Below are positions 38,701 to 51,300 of a stretch of 64,000 bases of DNA, piece by piece (within the stretch, counting starts at the first letter, position 1; every line of letters starts with the position of its first letter). The position numbers and the translations under genes were made by a program. This DNA is from Eledone cirrhosa (Eukaryota), in contig OZ024741.1 in assembly GCA_964016885.1 (NCBI GenBank), positions 244,218,001-244,282,000 on the forward strand, written 5' to 3'. The notes under the pieces were generated by a model, which searched no databases, was not told the origin of the DNA, and worked only from the letters and a program-made list of their open reading frames with translations.

Positions 38701-41700
38701 CTTGGGCAGTTTTTCTTGAAGATCACACCACACACAGCAAATGTGTGTCTGCACAGGTACCAGTAATTACAGATCGATCCGACCACGGGCGGCCGGGCCA
38801 CGATCGAAAAGGTAACTCCGCCGGCAAATCCGCATTTTTGTGATTCGTTTCTTCGAAGCACACCATTCGCCGCCGGACTTCAGCTTCCTCATTTAGCATG
38901 GGCAGCTTTTCTTGAAAATCACACCACACACAGCAAGTCTGTGTCTGCACATTTCCCAGTAATTACAGATCGATCCGACCACGGGCGGCCGGCCCACGAT
39001 CGAAAAGGTAACTCCGCCGGCAAATCCGCATTTTTGTGATTCGTTTCTTCGAAGCACACCATTCGCCGCCGGACTTCAGCTTCCTCATTTAGCATGGGCA
39101 GCTTTTCTTGAAAATCACACCACACGCAGCCAATGAGTGTCTGCACATCTACTAGTAATTACAGATCGATCCGACCACGGGCGGCCGGCTCACAATCGAA
39201 AAGGTAACTCCGCCGGCAAATTCGCATTTTTGTGATTCGTTTCTTCGAAGCACACCATTCGCTGGTGGACTTCAGCTTCCTCATTTAGCATGGGCAGCTT
39301 TTCTTGAAAATCACACCACACACAGATGATGTGTGTCTGCACAGGTACCAGTAATTACAGATTGATCCGACCACGGGCGGCCGGCCCACGATCGAAAAGG
39401 TAACTCCGCCGGCAAATCCGCATTTTTGTGATTCGTTTCTTCGAAGCACACCATTCGCCGCCGGACTTCAGCTTCCTCATTTAGCATGGGCAGCTTTTCT
39501 TGAAAATCACACCACACACAGCAAATGTGTGTCTGCACATTTACCAGTAATTACAGATCGATCCGACCACGGGCGGCTGGCCCACGATCGAAAAGGTAAC
39601 TCCGCCGGCAAATCCGCATTTTTGTGATTCGTTTCTTCGAAGCACACCATTCGCCGCGGGACTTCAGCTTCCTAATTTAGCATGGGCGGTTTTTCTTGAA
39701 AATCACACCACACACAGAAAATGTGTGTCTGCACATGGAACAGTACGTACAGATCGATCCGACCACGGGCGGCCGGCCCACATTCGAAAAGGTTACTCCG
39801 CCTGCAAATCGTCATTTTCGGATTCGTTTTCTTCGAAGCACACCATTCGCCGGCGGACTTCAGCTGCCTCATTTAACATGGGCAGTTTTTCTTGAAGATC
39901 ACACCACACACAGCCAATGAGGGTTTGCACATGTACCAGTAATTACAGATCGATCCGACCGCGGGCGGCCGGCCCACGATCGAAAAAAAGGTAACTCCGC
40001 CGGCAAATAGTCATTTTTGTGATTCGTTTTCTTCGAAGCACACCATTCGCCGCCGGACTTCAGCTGCCTCATTTAACTTGGGCAGTTTTTCTTGAAGATC
40101 ACACCACACACAGCAAATGTGTGTCTGCACAGGTACCAGTAATTACAGATCGATCCGACCACGGGCGGCCGGGCCACGATCGAAAAGGTAACTCCGCCGG
40201 CAAATCCGCATTTTTGTGATTCGTTTCTTCGAAGCACACCATTCGCCGCCGGACTTCAGCTTCCTCATTTAGCATGGGCAGCTTTTCTTGAAAATCACAC
40301 CACACACAGCAAGTCTGTGTCTGCACATTTCCCAGTAATTACAGATCGATCCGACCACGGGCGGCCGGCCCACGATCGAAAAGGTAACTCCGCCGGCAAA
40401 TCCGCATTTTTGTGATTCGTTTCTTCGAAGCACACCATTCGCCGCCGGACTTCAGCTTCCTCATTTAGCCTGGGCAGCTTTTCTTGAAAATCACACCACA
40501 CACAGCCAATGAGTGTCTGCACATCTACTAGTAATTACAGATCGATCCGACCACGGGCGGCCGGCTCACAATCGAAAAGGTAACTCCGCCGGCAAATTCG
40601 CATTTTTGTGATTCGTTTCTTCGAAGCACACCATTCGCTGGTGGACTTCAGCTTCCTCATTTAGCATGGGCAGCTTTTCTTGAAAATCACACCACACACA
40701 GATGATGTGTGTCTGCACAGGTACCAGTAATTACAGATTGATCCGACCACGGGCGGCCGGCCCACGATCGAAAAGGTAACTCCGCCGGCAAATCCGCATT
40801 TTTGTGATTCGTTTCTTCGAAGCACACCATTCGCCGCCGGACTTCAGCTTCCTCATTTAGCATGGGCAGCTTTTCTTGAAAATCACACCACACACAGCAA
40901 ATGTGTGTCTGCACATTTACCAGTAATTACAGATCGATCCGACCACGGGCGGCTGGCCCACGATCGAAAAGGTAACTCCGCCGGCAAATCCGCATTTTTG
41001 TGATTCGTTTCTTCGAAGCACACCATTCGCCGCGGGACTTCAGCTTCCTAATTTAGCATGGGCGGTTTTTCTTGAAAATCACACCACACACAGAAAATGT
41101 GTGTCTGCACATGGAACAGTACGTACAGATCGATCTGACCACGGGCGGCCGGCCCACATTCGAAAAGGTTACTCCGCCTGCAAATCGTCATTTTCGGATT
41201 CGTTTTCTTCGAAGCACACCATTCGCTGGTGGACTTCAGCTGCCTCATTTAACATGGGCAGTTTTTCTTGAAGATCACACCACACACAGCCAATGAGTGT
41301 TTGCACATGTACCAGTAATTACAGATCGATCCGACCGCGGGCGGCCGGCCCACGATCGAAAAAAAGGTAACTCCGCCGGCAAATAGTCATTTTTGTGATT
41401 CGTTTTCTTCGAAGCACACCATTCGCCGCCGGACTTCAGCTGCCTCATTTAACATGGGCAGTTTTTCTTGAAGATCACACCACACACAGCAAATGTGTGT
41501 CTTCACAGGTACCAGTAATTACAGATCGATCCGACCACGGGCGGCCGGGCCACGATCGAAAAGGTAACTCCGCCGGCAAATCCGCATTTTTGTGATTCGT
41601 TTCTTCGAAGCACACCATTCGCCGCCGGACTTCAGCTTCCTCATTTAGCATGGGCAGCTTTTCTTGAAAATCACACCACACACAGCAAATCTGTGTCTGC

Positions 41701-44700
41701 ACATTTACCAGTAATTACAGATCGATCCGACCACGGGCAGCCGGCCCACGATCGAGAAAAAGGTAACTCCGCCGGCAAATAGTCATTTTTGTGATTCGTT
41801 TTCTTCGAAGCACACCATTCGCCGCCGGACTTCAGCTTCCTCATTTAGCATGGGCAGCTTTTCTTGAAAATCACACCACACACAGAAAATGTGTGTCTGC
41901 ACATGTACCAGTAATTACAGATCGATCCGACCACGGGCGGCCGGCCCACGGTCGAAAAGGTAACTCCGCCGGCAAATCCGCATTTTTGTGATTCGTTTCT
42001 TCGAAGCACACCATTCGCCGCCGGACTTCAGCTTCCTCATTTAGCATGGGCAGCTTTTCTTGAAAATCACACCACACACAGCAAATGTGTGTTTGCACAT
42101 TTACCAGTAATTACAGATCGATCCGACCACGGGCGGCCGGCCCACGATTGAAAAGGTAACTCCGCCGGCAAATCCGCATTTTTGTGATTCGTTTCTTCGA
42201 AGCACACCATTCGCCGCCGGACTTCAGCTTCCTCATTTAGCATGGGCAGCTTTTCTTGAAAATCACACCACACACAGCCAATGAGTGTCTGCACATCTAC
42301 CAGTAATTACAGATCGATCCGACCACGGGCGGCCGGCCCACAATCGAAAAGGTAACTCCGCCGGCAAATTCGCATTTTTGTGATTCGTTTCTTCGAAGCA
42401 CACCATTCGCTGGTGGACTTCAGCTTCCTCATTTAGCATGGGCAGCTTTTCTTGAAAATCACACCACACACAGATGATGTGTGTCTGCACAGGTACCAGT
42501 AATTACAGATCGATCCGACCACGGGCGGCCGGCCCACCATCGAAAAGGTAACTCCGCCGGCAAATCCGCATTTTTGTGATTCGTTTCTTCGAAGCACACC
42601 ATTCGCCGCCGGACTTCAGCTTCCTAATTTAGCATGGGCGGTTTTTCTTGAAAATCACACCACATACAGCAAATGTGTGTCTGCACATGTAACAGTACGT
42701 ACAGATCGATCCGACCACGGGCGGCCGGCCCACATTCTAAAAGGTTACTCCGCCTGCAAATCGTCATTTTCGGATTCGTTTTCTTCGAAGCACACCATTC
42801 GCCGGCGGACTTCAGCTGCCTCATTTAACATGGGCAGTTTTTCTTGAAGTTCACACCACACACAGCCAATGAGTGTTTGCACATGTACCAGTAATTACAG
42901 ATCGATCCGACCACGGGCGGCCGGCCCACGATCGAAAAAAAGGTAACTCCGCCGGCAAATAGTCATTTTTGTGATTCGTTTTCTTCGAAGCACACCATTC
43001 GCCGCCGGACTTCAGCTTCCTCATTTAGCATGGGCATCTTTTCTTGAAAATCACACCACACACAGGAAATGTGTGTCTGCACAGGTACCAGTAATTACAG
43101 ATCGATCCGACCACGGGCGGCCGGCCCACGATCGAAAAGGTAACTCCGCCGGCAAATTCGCATTTTTGTGATTCGTTTCTTCGAAGCACACCATTCGCTG
43201 GTGGACTTCAGCTTCCTCATTTAGCATGGGCAGCTTTTCTTGAAAATCACACCACACACAGAAGATGTGTGTCTGCACAGGTACCAGTAATTACAGATTG
43301 ATCCGACCATGGGCGGCCGGCCCACGATCGAAAAGGTAACTCCGCCGGCAAATCCGCATTTTTGTGATTCGTTTCTACGAAGCACACCATTCGCCGCCGG
43401 ACTTCAGCTTCCTCATTTAGCATGGGCAGCTTTTCTTGAAAATCACACCACACACAGCAAATGTGTGTCTGCACATTTACCAGTAATTACAGATCGATCC
43501 GACCACGGGCGGCTGGCCCACGATCGAAAAGGTAACTCCGCCGGCAAATCCGCATTTTTGTGATTCGTTTCTTCGAAGCACACCATTCGCCGCCGGACTT
43601 CAGCTTCCTAATTTAGCATGGGCGGTTTTTCTTGAAAATCACACCACACACAGAGAATGTGTGTCTGCACATGGAACAGTACGTACAGATCGATCCGACC
43701 ACGGGCGGCCGGCCCACATTCGAAAAGGTTACTCCGCCTGCAAATCGTCATTTTCGGATTCGTTTTCTTCGAAGCACACCATTCGCCGGCGGACTTCAGC
43801 TGCCTCATTTAACATGGGCAGTTTTTCTTGAAGATCACACCACACACAGCCAATGAGGGTTTGCACATGTACCAGTAATTACAGATCGATCCGACCGCGG
43901 GCGGCCGGCCCACGATCGAAAAAAAGGTAACTCCGCCGGCAAATAGTCATTTTTGTGATTCGTTTTCTTCGAAGCACACCATTCGCCGCCGGACTTCAGC
44001 TGCCTCATTTAACTTGGGCAGTTTTTCTTGAAGATCACACCACACACAGCAAATGTGTGTCTGCACAGGTACCAGTAATTACAGATCGATCCGACCACGG
44101 GCGGCCGGGCCACGATCGAAAAGGTAACTCCGCCGGCAAATCCGCATTTTTGTGATTCGTTTCTTCGAAGCACACCATTCGCCGCCGGACTTCAGCTTCC
44201 TCATTTAGCATGGGCAGCTTTTCTTGAAAATCACACCACACACAGCAAGTCTGTGTCTGCACATTTACCAGTAATTACAGATCGATCCGACCACGGGCAG
44301 CCGGCCCACGATCGAGAAAAAGGTAACTCCGCCGGCAAATAGTCATTTTTGTGATTCGTTTTCTTCGAAGCACACCATTCGCCGCCGGACTTCAGCTTCC
44401 TCATTTAGCATGGGCAGCTTTTCTTGAAAATCACACCACACACAGAAAATGTGTGTCTGCACAGGTACCAGTAATTACAGATCGATCCGACCACGGGCGG
44501 CCGGCCCACGGTCGAAAAGGTAACTCCGCCGGCAAATCCGCATTTTTGTGATTCGTTTCTTCGAAGCACACCATTCGCCGCCGGACTTCAGCTTCCTCAT
44601 TTAGCATGGGCAGCTTTTCTTGAAAATCACACCACACACAGCAAATGTGTGTCTGCACATTTACCAGTAATTACAGATCGATCCGACCACGGGCGGCCGG

Positions 44701-44930
44701 CCCACGATTTAAAAAGGTAACTCCGCCGGCAAATCCGCATTTTTGTGATTCGTTTCTTCGAAGCACACCATTCGCCGCCGGACTTCAGCTTCCTCATTTA
44801 GCATGGGCAGCTTTTCTTGAAAATCACACCACAAACAGCCAATGAGTGTCTGCACATCTACCAGTAATTACAGATCGATCCGACCACGGGCGGCCGGCCC
44901 ACAATCGAAAAGGTAACTCCGCCGGCAAAT
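33000..44930 (+). repeat. ~5-kb block (~33000-38040) repeated at +6889 bp (~39890-44930), a 35-monomer offset
   Basis: Pairs 33130/40019, 34506/41395, 36082/42971, 37066/43955, 37756/44645; 27x196+197+7x200=6889. Confidence 0.88.
38350..41290 (+). repeat. Tandem duplication of a 1376-bp 7-mer (approximate boundaries)
   Basis: atgagggttt at 38541/39917; ORF pairs 38643/40019, 39311/40687; 6x196+200=1376. Confidence 0.85.
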
Positions 44931-45799
44931 TCGCATTTTTGTGATTCGTTTCTTCGAAGCACACCATTCGCTGGTGGACTTCAGCTTCCTCATTTAGCAT
45001 GGGCAGCTTTTCTTGAAAATCACACCACACACAGCAAATGTGTGTCTGCACATGTAACAGTACGTACAGATCGATCCGACCACGGGCGGCCGGACCACAT
45101 TCGAAAAGGTTACTCCGCCTGCAAATCGTCATTTTCGGATTCGTTTTCTTCGAAACACACCATTCGCCGGCGGACTTCAGCTGCCTCATTTAACATGGGC
45201 AGTTTTTCTTGAAGATCACACCACACACCGCCAATGAGTGTTTGCACATGTACCAGTAATTACAGATCGATCCGACCACGGGCGGCCGGCCCACGATCGA
45301 GAAAAAGGTAACTCCGCCGGCAAATAGTCATTTTTGTGATTCGTTTTCTTCGAAGCACACCATTCGCCGCCGGACTTCAGCTTCCTCATTTAGCATGGGC
45401 AGCTTTTCTTGAAAATCACACCACACTCAGCAAATGTGAGTCTGCACATGTACCAGTAATTACAGATCGATCCGACCACTGGCGGCCTGCCCACGATCGA
45501 AAAGGTAACTCCGCCGGCAAATTCGCATTTTTGTGATTCGTTTCTTCGAAGCACACCATTCGCCGCCGGACTTCAGCTTCCTCATTTAGCATGGGCAGCT
45601 TTTCTTGAAAATCACACCACAAACAGCCAATGAGTGTCTGCACATCTACCAGTAATTACAGATCGATCCGACTACGGGCGGCCGGCCCACAATCGAAAAG
45701 GTAACTCCGCCGGCAAATCCGCATTTTTGTGATTCGTTTCTTCGAAGCACACCATTCGCTGGTGGACTTCAGCTTCCTCATTTAGCATGGGCAGCTTTT

Positions 45800-48700
45800 C
45801 TTAAAAATCACACCACACACAGATGATGTGTGTCTGCACATGTACCAGTACGTACAGATCGATCCGACCACGGGCGGCCGGACCACATTCGAAAAGGTTA
45901 CTCCGCCTGCAAATCGTCATTTTCGGATTCGTTTTCTTCGAAGCACACCATTCGCCGCCGGACTTCAGCTTCCTCATTTAGCATGGGCGGTTTTTCTTGA
46001 AAATCACACCACACACAGCAAATGTGTGTCTGCACATGTACCAGTACGTACAGATCGATCCGACCACGGGAGGCCGGCCCACATTCGAAAAGGTTACTCC
46101 GCCTGCAAATCGTCATTTTCGGATTCGTTTTCTTCGAAGCACACCATTCGCCGGCGGACTTCAGCTGCCTCATTTAACATGGGCAGTTTTTCTTGAAGAT
46201 CACACCACACACCGCCAATGAGTTTTTGCACATGTACCAGTAATTACAGATCGATCCGACCACGGGCGGCCGGCCCACGATCGAGAAAAAGGTAACTCCG
46301 CCGGCAAATAGTCATTTTTGTGATTCGTTTTCTTCGAAGCACACCATTCGCCGCCGGACTTCAGTTTCCTCATTTAGCATGGGCAGCTTTTCTTGAAAAT
46401 CACACCACACACAGAAAATGTGTGTCTGCACAGGTACCAGTAATTACAGATCGATCCGACCACGGGCGGCCGGCCCACGATCGAAAAGGTAACTCCGCCG
46501 GCAAATCCGCATTTTTGTGATTCGTTTCTTCGAAGCACACCATTCGCCGCCGGACTTCAGCTTCCTCATTTAGCATGGGCAGCTTTTCTTGAAAATCACA
46601 CCACACACAGCAAATCTGTGTCTGCACATTTACCAGTAATTACAGATCGATCCGACCACGGGTGGCCGGCCCACAATCGAAAAGGTAACTCTGCCGGCAA
46701 ATCCGCATTTTTGTGATTCGTTTCTTCGAAGCACACCATTCGCCGCCGGACTTCAGCTTCCTCATTTAGCATGGGCAGCTTTTCTTGAAAATCACACCAC
46801 ACACAGCAAATGTGTGTCTGCACATGTACCAGTACGTACAGATCGATCCGACCACGGGTGGCCGGCCCACGATCGAAAAGGTAACTCTGCCGGCAAATCC
46901 GCATTTTTGTGATTCGTTTCTTCGAAGCACACCATTCGCCGCCGGACTTCAGCTTCCTCATTTAGCATGGGCAGCTTTTCTTGAAAATCACACCACACAC
47001 AGCAAATGTGTGTCTGCACATGTACCAGTACGTACAGATCGATCCGACCACGGGCGGCCGGCCCACATTCGAAAAGGTTACTCCGCCTGCAAATCGTCAT
47101 TTTCGGATTCGTTTTCTTCGAAGCACACCATTCGCCGCCGGACTTCAGCTTCCTCATTTAGCATGGGCAGCTTTTCTTGAAAATCACACCACACACAGCA
47201 AATGTGTGTTTGCACATTTACCAGTAATTACAGATCGATCCGACCACGGGCGGCCGGCCCATGATCGAAAAGGTAACTCCGCCGGCAAATCCGCATTTTT
47301 GTGATTCGTTTCTTCGAAGCACACCATTCGCCGCCGGACTTCAGCTGCCTCATTTAACATGGGCAGTTTTTCTTGAAGATCACACCACACACAGCAAATG
47401 TGTGTCTGCACAGGTACCAGTAATTACAGATCGATCCGACCACGGGCGGCCGGGCCACGATCGAAAAGGTAACTCCGCCGGCAAATCCGCATTTTTGTGA
47501 TTCGTTTCTTCGAAGCACACCATTCGCCGCCGGACTTCAGCTTCCTCATTTAGCATGGGCAGCTTTTCTTGAAAATCACACCACACACAGCAAATGTGTG
47601 TCTGCACATTGACCAGTAATTACAGATCGATCCGACTACGGGCGGCCGGCCCACGATCGAGAAAAAGGTAACTCCGCCGGCAAATAGTCATTTTTGTGAT
47701 TCGTTTTCTTCGAAGCACACCATTCGACGCCGGACTTCAGCTTCCTCATTTCGCATGGGCAGCTTTTCTTGAAAATCACACCACACACAGAAAATGTGTG
47801 TCTGCACAGGTACCAGTAATTACAGATCGATCCGACCACGGGCGGCCGGCTCACGGTCGAAAAGGTAACTCCGCCGGCAAATCCGCATTTTTGTGATTCG
47901 TTTCTTCGAAGCACACCATTCGCCGCCGGACTTCAGCTTCCTCATTTAGCATGGGCAGCTTTTCTTGAAAATCACACCACACACAGCCAATGAGTGTCTG
48001 CACATCTACCAGTAATTACAGATCGTTCCGACCACGGGCGGCCGGCCCACAATCGAAAAGGTAACTCCGCCGGCAAATTCGCATTTTTGTGATTCGTTTC
48101 TTCGAAGCACACCATTCGCTGGTGGACTTCAGCTTCCTCATTTAGCATGGGCAGCTTTTCTTGAAAATCACACCACACACAGATGATGTGTGTCTGCACA
48201 GGTAAGAGTAATTACAGATCGATCCGACCACGGGCGGCCGGCCCACGATCGAAAAGGTAACTCCGCCGGCAAATCCGCATTTTTGTGATTCGTTTCTTCG
48301 AAGCACACCATTCGCCGCCGGACTTCAGCTTCCTCATTTAGCATGGGCAGCTTTTCTTAAAAATCACACCACACTCAGCAAATGTGTGTCTGCACATGTA
48401 CCAGTAATTACAGATCGATCCGACCACGGGCGGCCTGCCCACGATCGAAAAGGTAACTCCGCCGGCAAATTCGCATTTTTGTGATTCGTTTCTTCGAAGC
48501 ACACCATTCGCTGGTGGACTTCAGCTTCCTCATTTAACATGGGCAGCTTTTCTTGAAAATCACACCACACTCAGCAAATGTGTGTCTGCACATGTACCAG
48601 TAATTACAGATCGATCCGCCCACGGGCGGCCGGCCCACGATCGAAAATGTAACTCCGCCGGCAAATTCGCATTTTTGTGATTCGTTTCTTCGAAGCACAC

Positions 48701-51300
48701 CATTCGCTGGTGGACATCAGCTTCCTTATTTAGCATAGGCAGCTTTTCTTGAAAATCACACCACACACAGATGATGTGTGTCTGCACATGTACCAGTACG
48801 TACAGATCGATCCGACCACGGGCGGCCGGACCACATTCGAAAAGGTTACTCCGCCTGCAAATCGTCATTTTCGGATTCGTTTTCTTCGAAGCACACCATT
48901 CGCCGCCGGACTTCAGCTTCCTCATTTAGCATGGGCGGTTTTTCTTGAAAATCACACCACACACAGCAAATGTGTGTCTGCACATGTACCAGTACGTACA
49001 GATCGATCCGACCACGGGAGGCCGGCCCACATTCGAAAAGGTTACTCCGCCTGCAAATCGTCATTTTCGGATTCGTTTTCTTCGAAGCACACCATTCGCC
49101 GGCGGACTTCAGCTGCCTCATTTAACATGGGCAGTTTTTCTTGAAGATCACACCACACACCGCCAATGAGTTTTTGCACATGTACCAGTAATTACAGATC
49201 GATCCGACCACGGGCGGCCGGCCCACGATCGAGAAAAAGGTAACTCCGCCGGCAAATAGTCATTTTTGTGATTCGTTTTCTTCGAAGCACACCATTCGCC
49301 GCCGGACTTCAGTTTCCTCATTTAGCATGGGCAGCTTTTCTTGAAAATCACACCACACACAGAAAATGTGTGTCTGCACAGGTACCAGTAATTACAGATC
49401 GATCCGACCACGGGCGGCCGGCCCACGATCGAAAAGGTAACTCCGCCGGCAAATCCGCATTTTTGTGATTCGTTTCTTCGAAGCACACCATTCGCCGCCG
49501 GACTTCAGCTTCCTCATTTAGCATGGGCAGCTTTTCTTGAAAATCACACCACACACAGCAAATCTGTGTCTGCACATTTACCAGTAATTACAGATCGATC
49601 CGACCACGGGTGGCCGGCCCACGATCGAAAAGGTAACTCTGCCGGCAAATCCGCATTTTTGTGATTCGTTTCTTCGAAGCACACCATTCGCCGCCGGACT
49701 TCAGCTTCCTCATTTAGCATGGGCAGCTTTTCTTGAAAATCACACCACACACAGCAAATGTGTGTCTGCACATGTACCAGTACGTACAGATCGATCCGAC
49801 CACGGGCGGCCGGCCCACATTCGAAAAGGTTACTCCGCCTGCAAATCGTCATTTTCGGATTCGTTTTCTTCGAAGCACACCATTCGCCGCCGGACTTCAG
49901 CTTCCTCATTTAGCATGGGCAGCTTTTCTTGAAAATCACACCACACACAGCAAATGTGTGTTTGCACATTTACCAGTAATTACAGATCGATCCGACCACG
50001 GGCGGCCGGCCCATGATCGAAAAGGTAACTCCGCCGGCAAATCCGCATTTTTGTGATTCGTTTCTTCGAAGCACACCATTCGCCGCCGGACTTCAGCTGC
50101 CTCATTTAACATGGGCAGTTTTTCTTGAAGATCACACCACACACAGCAAATGTGTGTCTGCACAGGTACCAGTAATTACAGATCGATCCGACCACGGGCG
50201 GCCGGGCCACGATCGAAAAGGTAACTCCGCCGGCAAATCCGCATTTTTGTGATTCGTTTCTTCGAAGCACACCATTCGCCGCCGGACTTCAGCTTCCTCA
50301 TTTAGCATGGGCAGCTTTTCTTGAAAATCACACCACACACAGCAAATGTGTGTCTGCACATTGACCAGTAATTACAGATCGATCCGACTACGGGCGGCCG
50401 GCCCACGATCGAGAAAAAGGTAACTCCGCCGGCAAATAGTCATTTTTGTGATTCGTTTTCTTCGAAGCACACCATTCGACGCCGGACTTCAGCTTCCTCA
50501 TTTCGCATGGGCAGCTTTTCTTGAAAATCACACCACACACAGAAAATGTGTGTCTGCACAGGTACCAGTAATTACAGATCGATCCGACCACGGGCGGCCG
50601 GCTCACGGTCGAAAAGGTAACTCCGCCGGCAAATCCGCATTTTTGTGATTCGTTTCTTCGAAGCACACCATTCACCGCCGGACTTCAGCTTCCTCATTTA
50701 GCATGGGCAGCTTTTCTTGAAAATCACACCACACACAGCCAATGAGTGTCTGCACATCTACCAGTAATTACAGATCGTTCCGACCACGGGCGGCCGGCCC
50801 ACAATCGAAAAGGTAACTCCGCCGGCAAATTCGCATTTTTGTGATTCGTTTCTTCGAAGCACACCATTCGCTGGTGGACTTCAGCTTCCTCATTTAGCAT
50901 GGGCAGCTTTTCTTGAAAATCACACCACACACAGATGATGTGTGTCTGCACAGGTAAGAGTAATTACAGATCGATCCGACCACGGGCGGCCGGCCCACGA
51001 TCGAAAAGGTAACTCCGCCGGCAAATCCGCATTTTTGTGATTCGTTTCTTCGAAGCACACCATTCGCTGGTGGACTTCAGCTTCCTCATTTAACATGGGC
51101 AGCTTTTCTTGAAAATCACACCACACTCAGCAAATGTGTGTCTGCACATGTACCAGTAATTACAGATCGATCCGCCCACGGGCGGCCGGCCCACGATCGA
51201 AAATGTAACTCCGCCGGCAAATTCGCATTTTTGTGATTCGTTTCTTCGAAGCACACCATTCGCTGGTGGACATCAGCTTCCTTATTTAGCATAGGCAGCT
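45800..51300 (+). repeat. Tandem higher-order repeat pair whose offset steps 2948 -> 2752 -> 2556 bp (15/14/13 monomers)
   Basis: ORF pairs 46320/49268 (2948), 47696/50448 (2752), 48560/51116 (2556); shared markers cccatgatc, ttcgacgcc, tttcgcat, gatcgttcc, ggtaagag. Confidence 0.85.
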
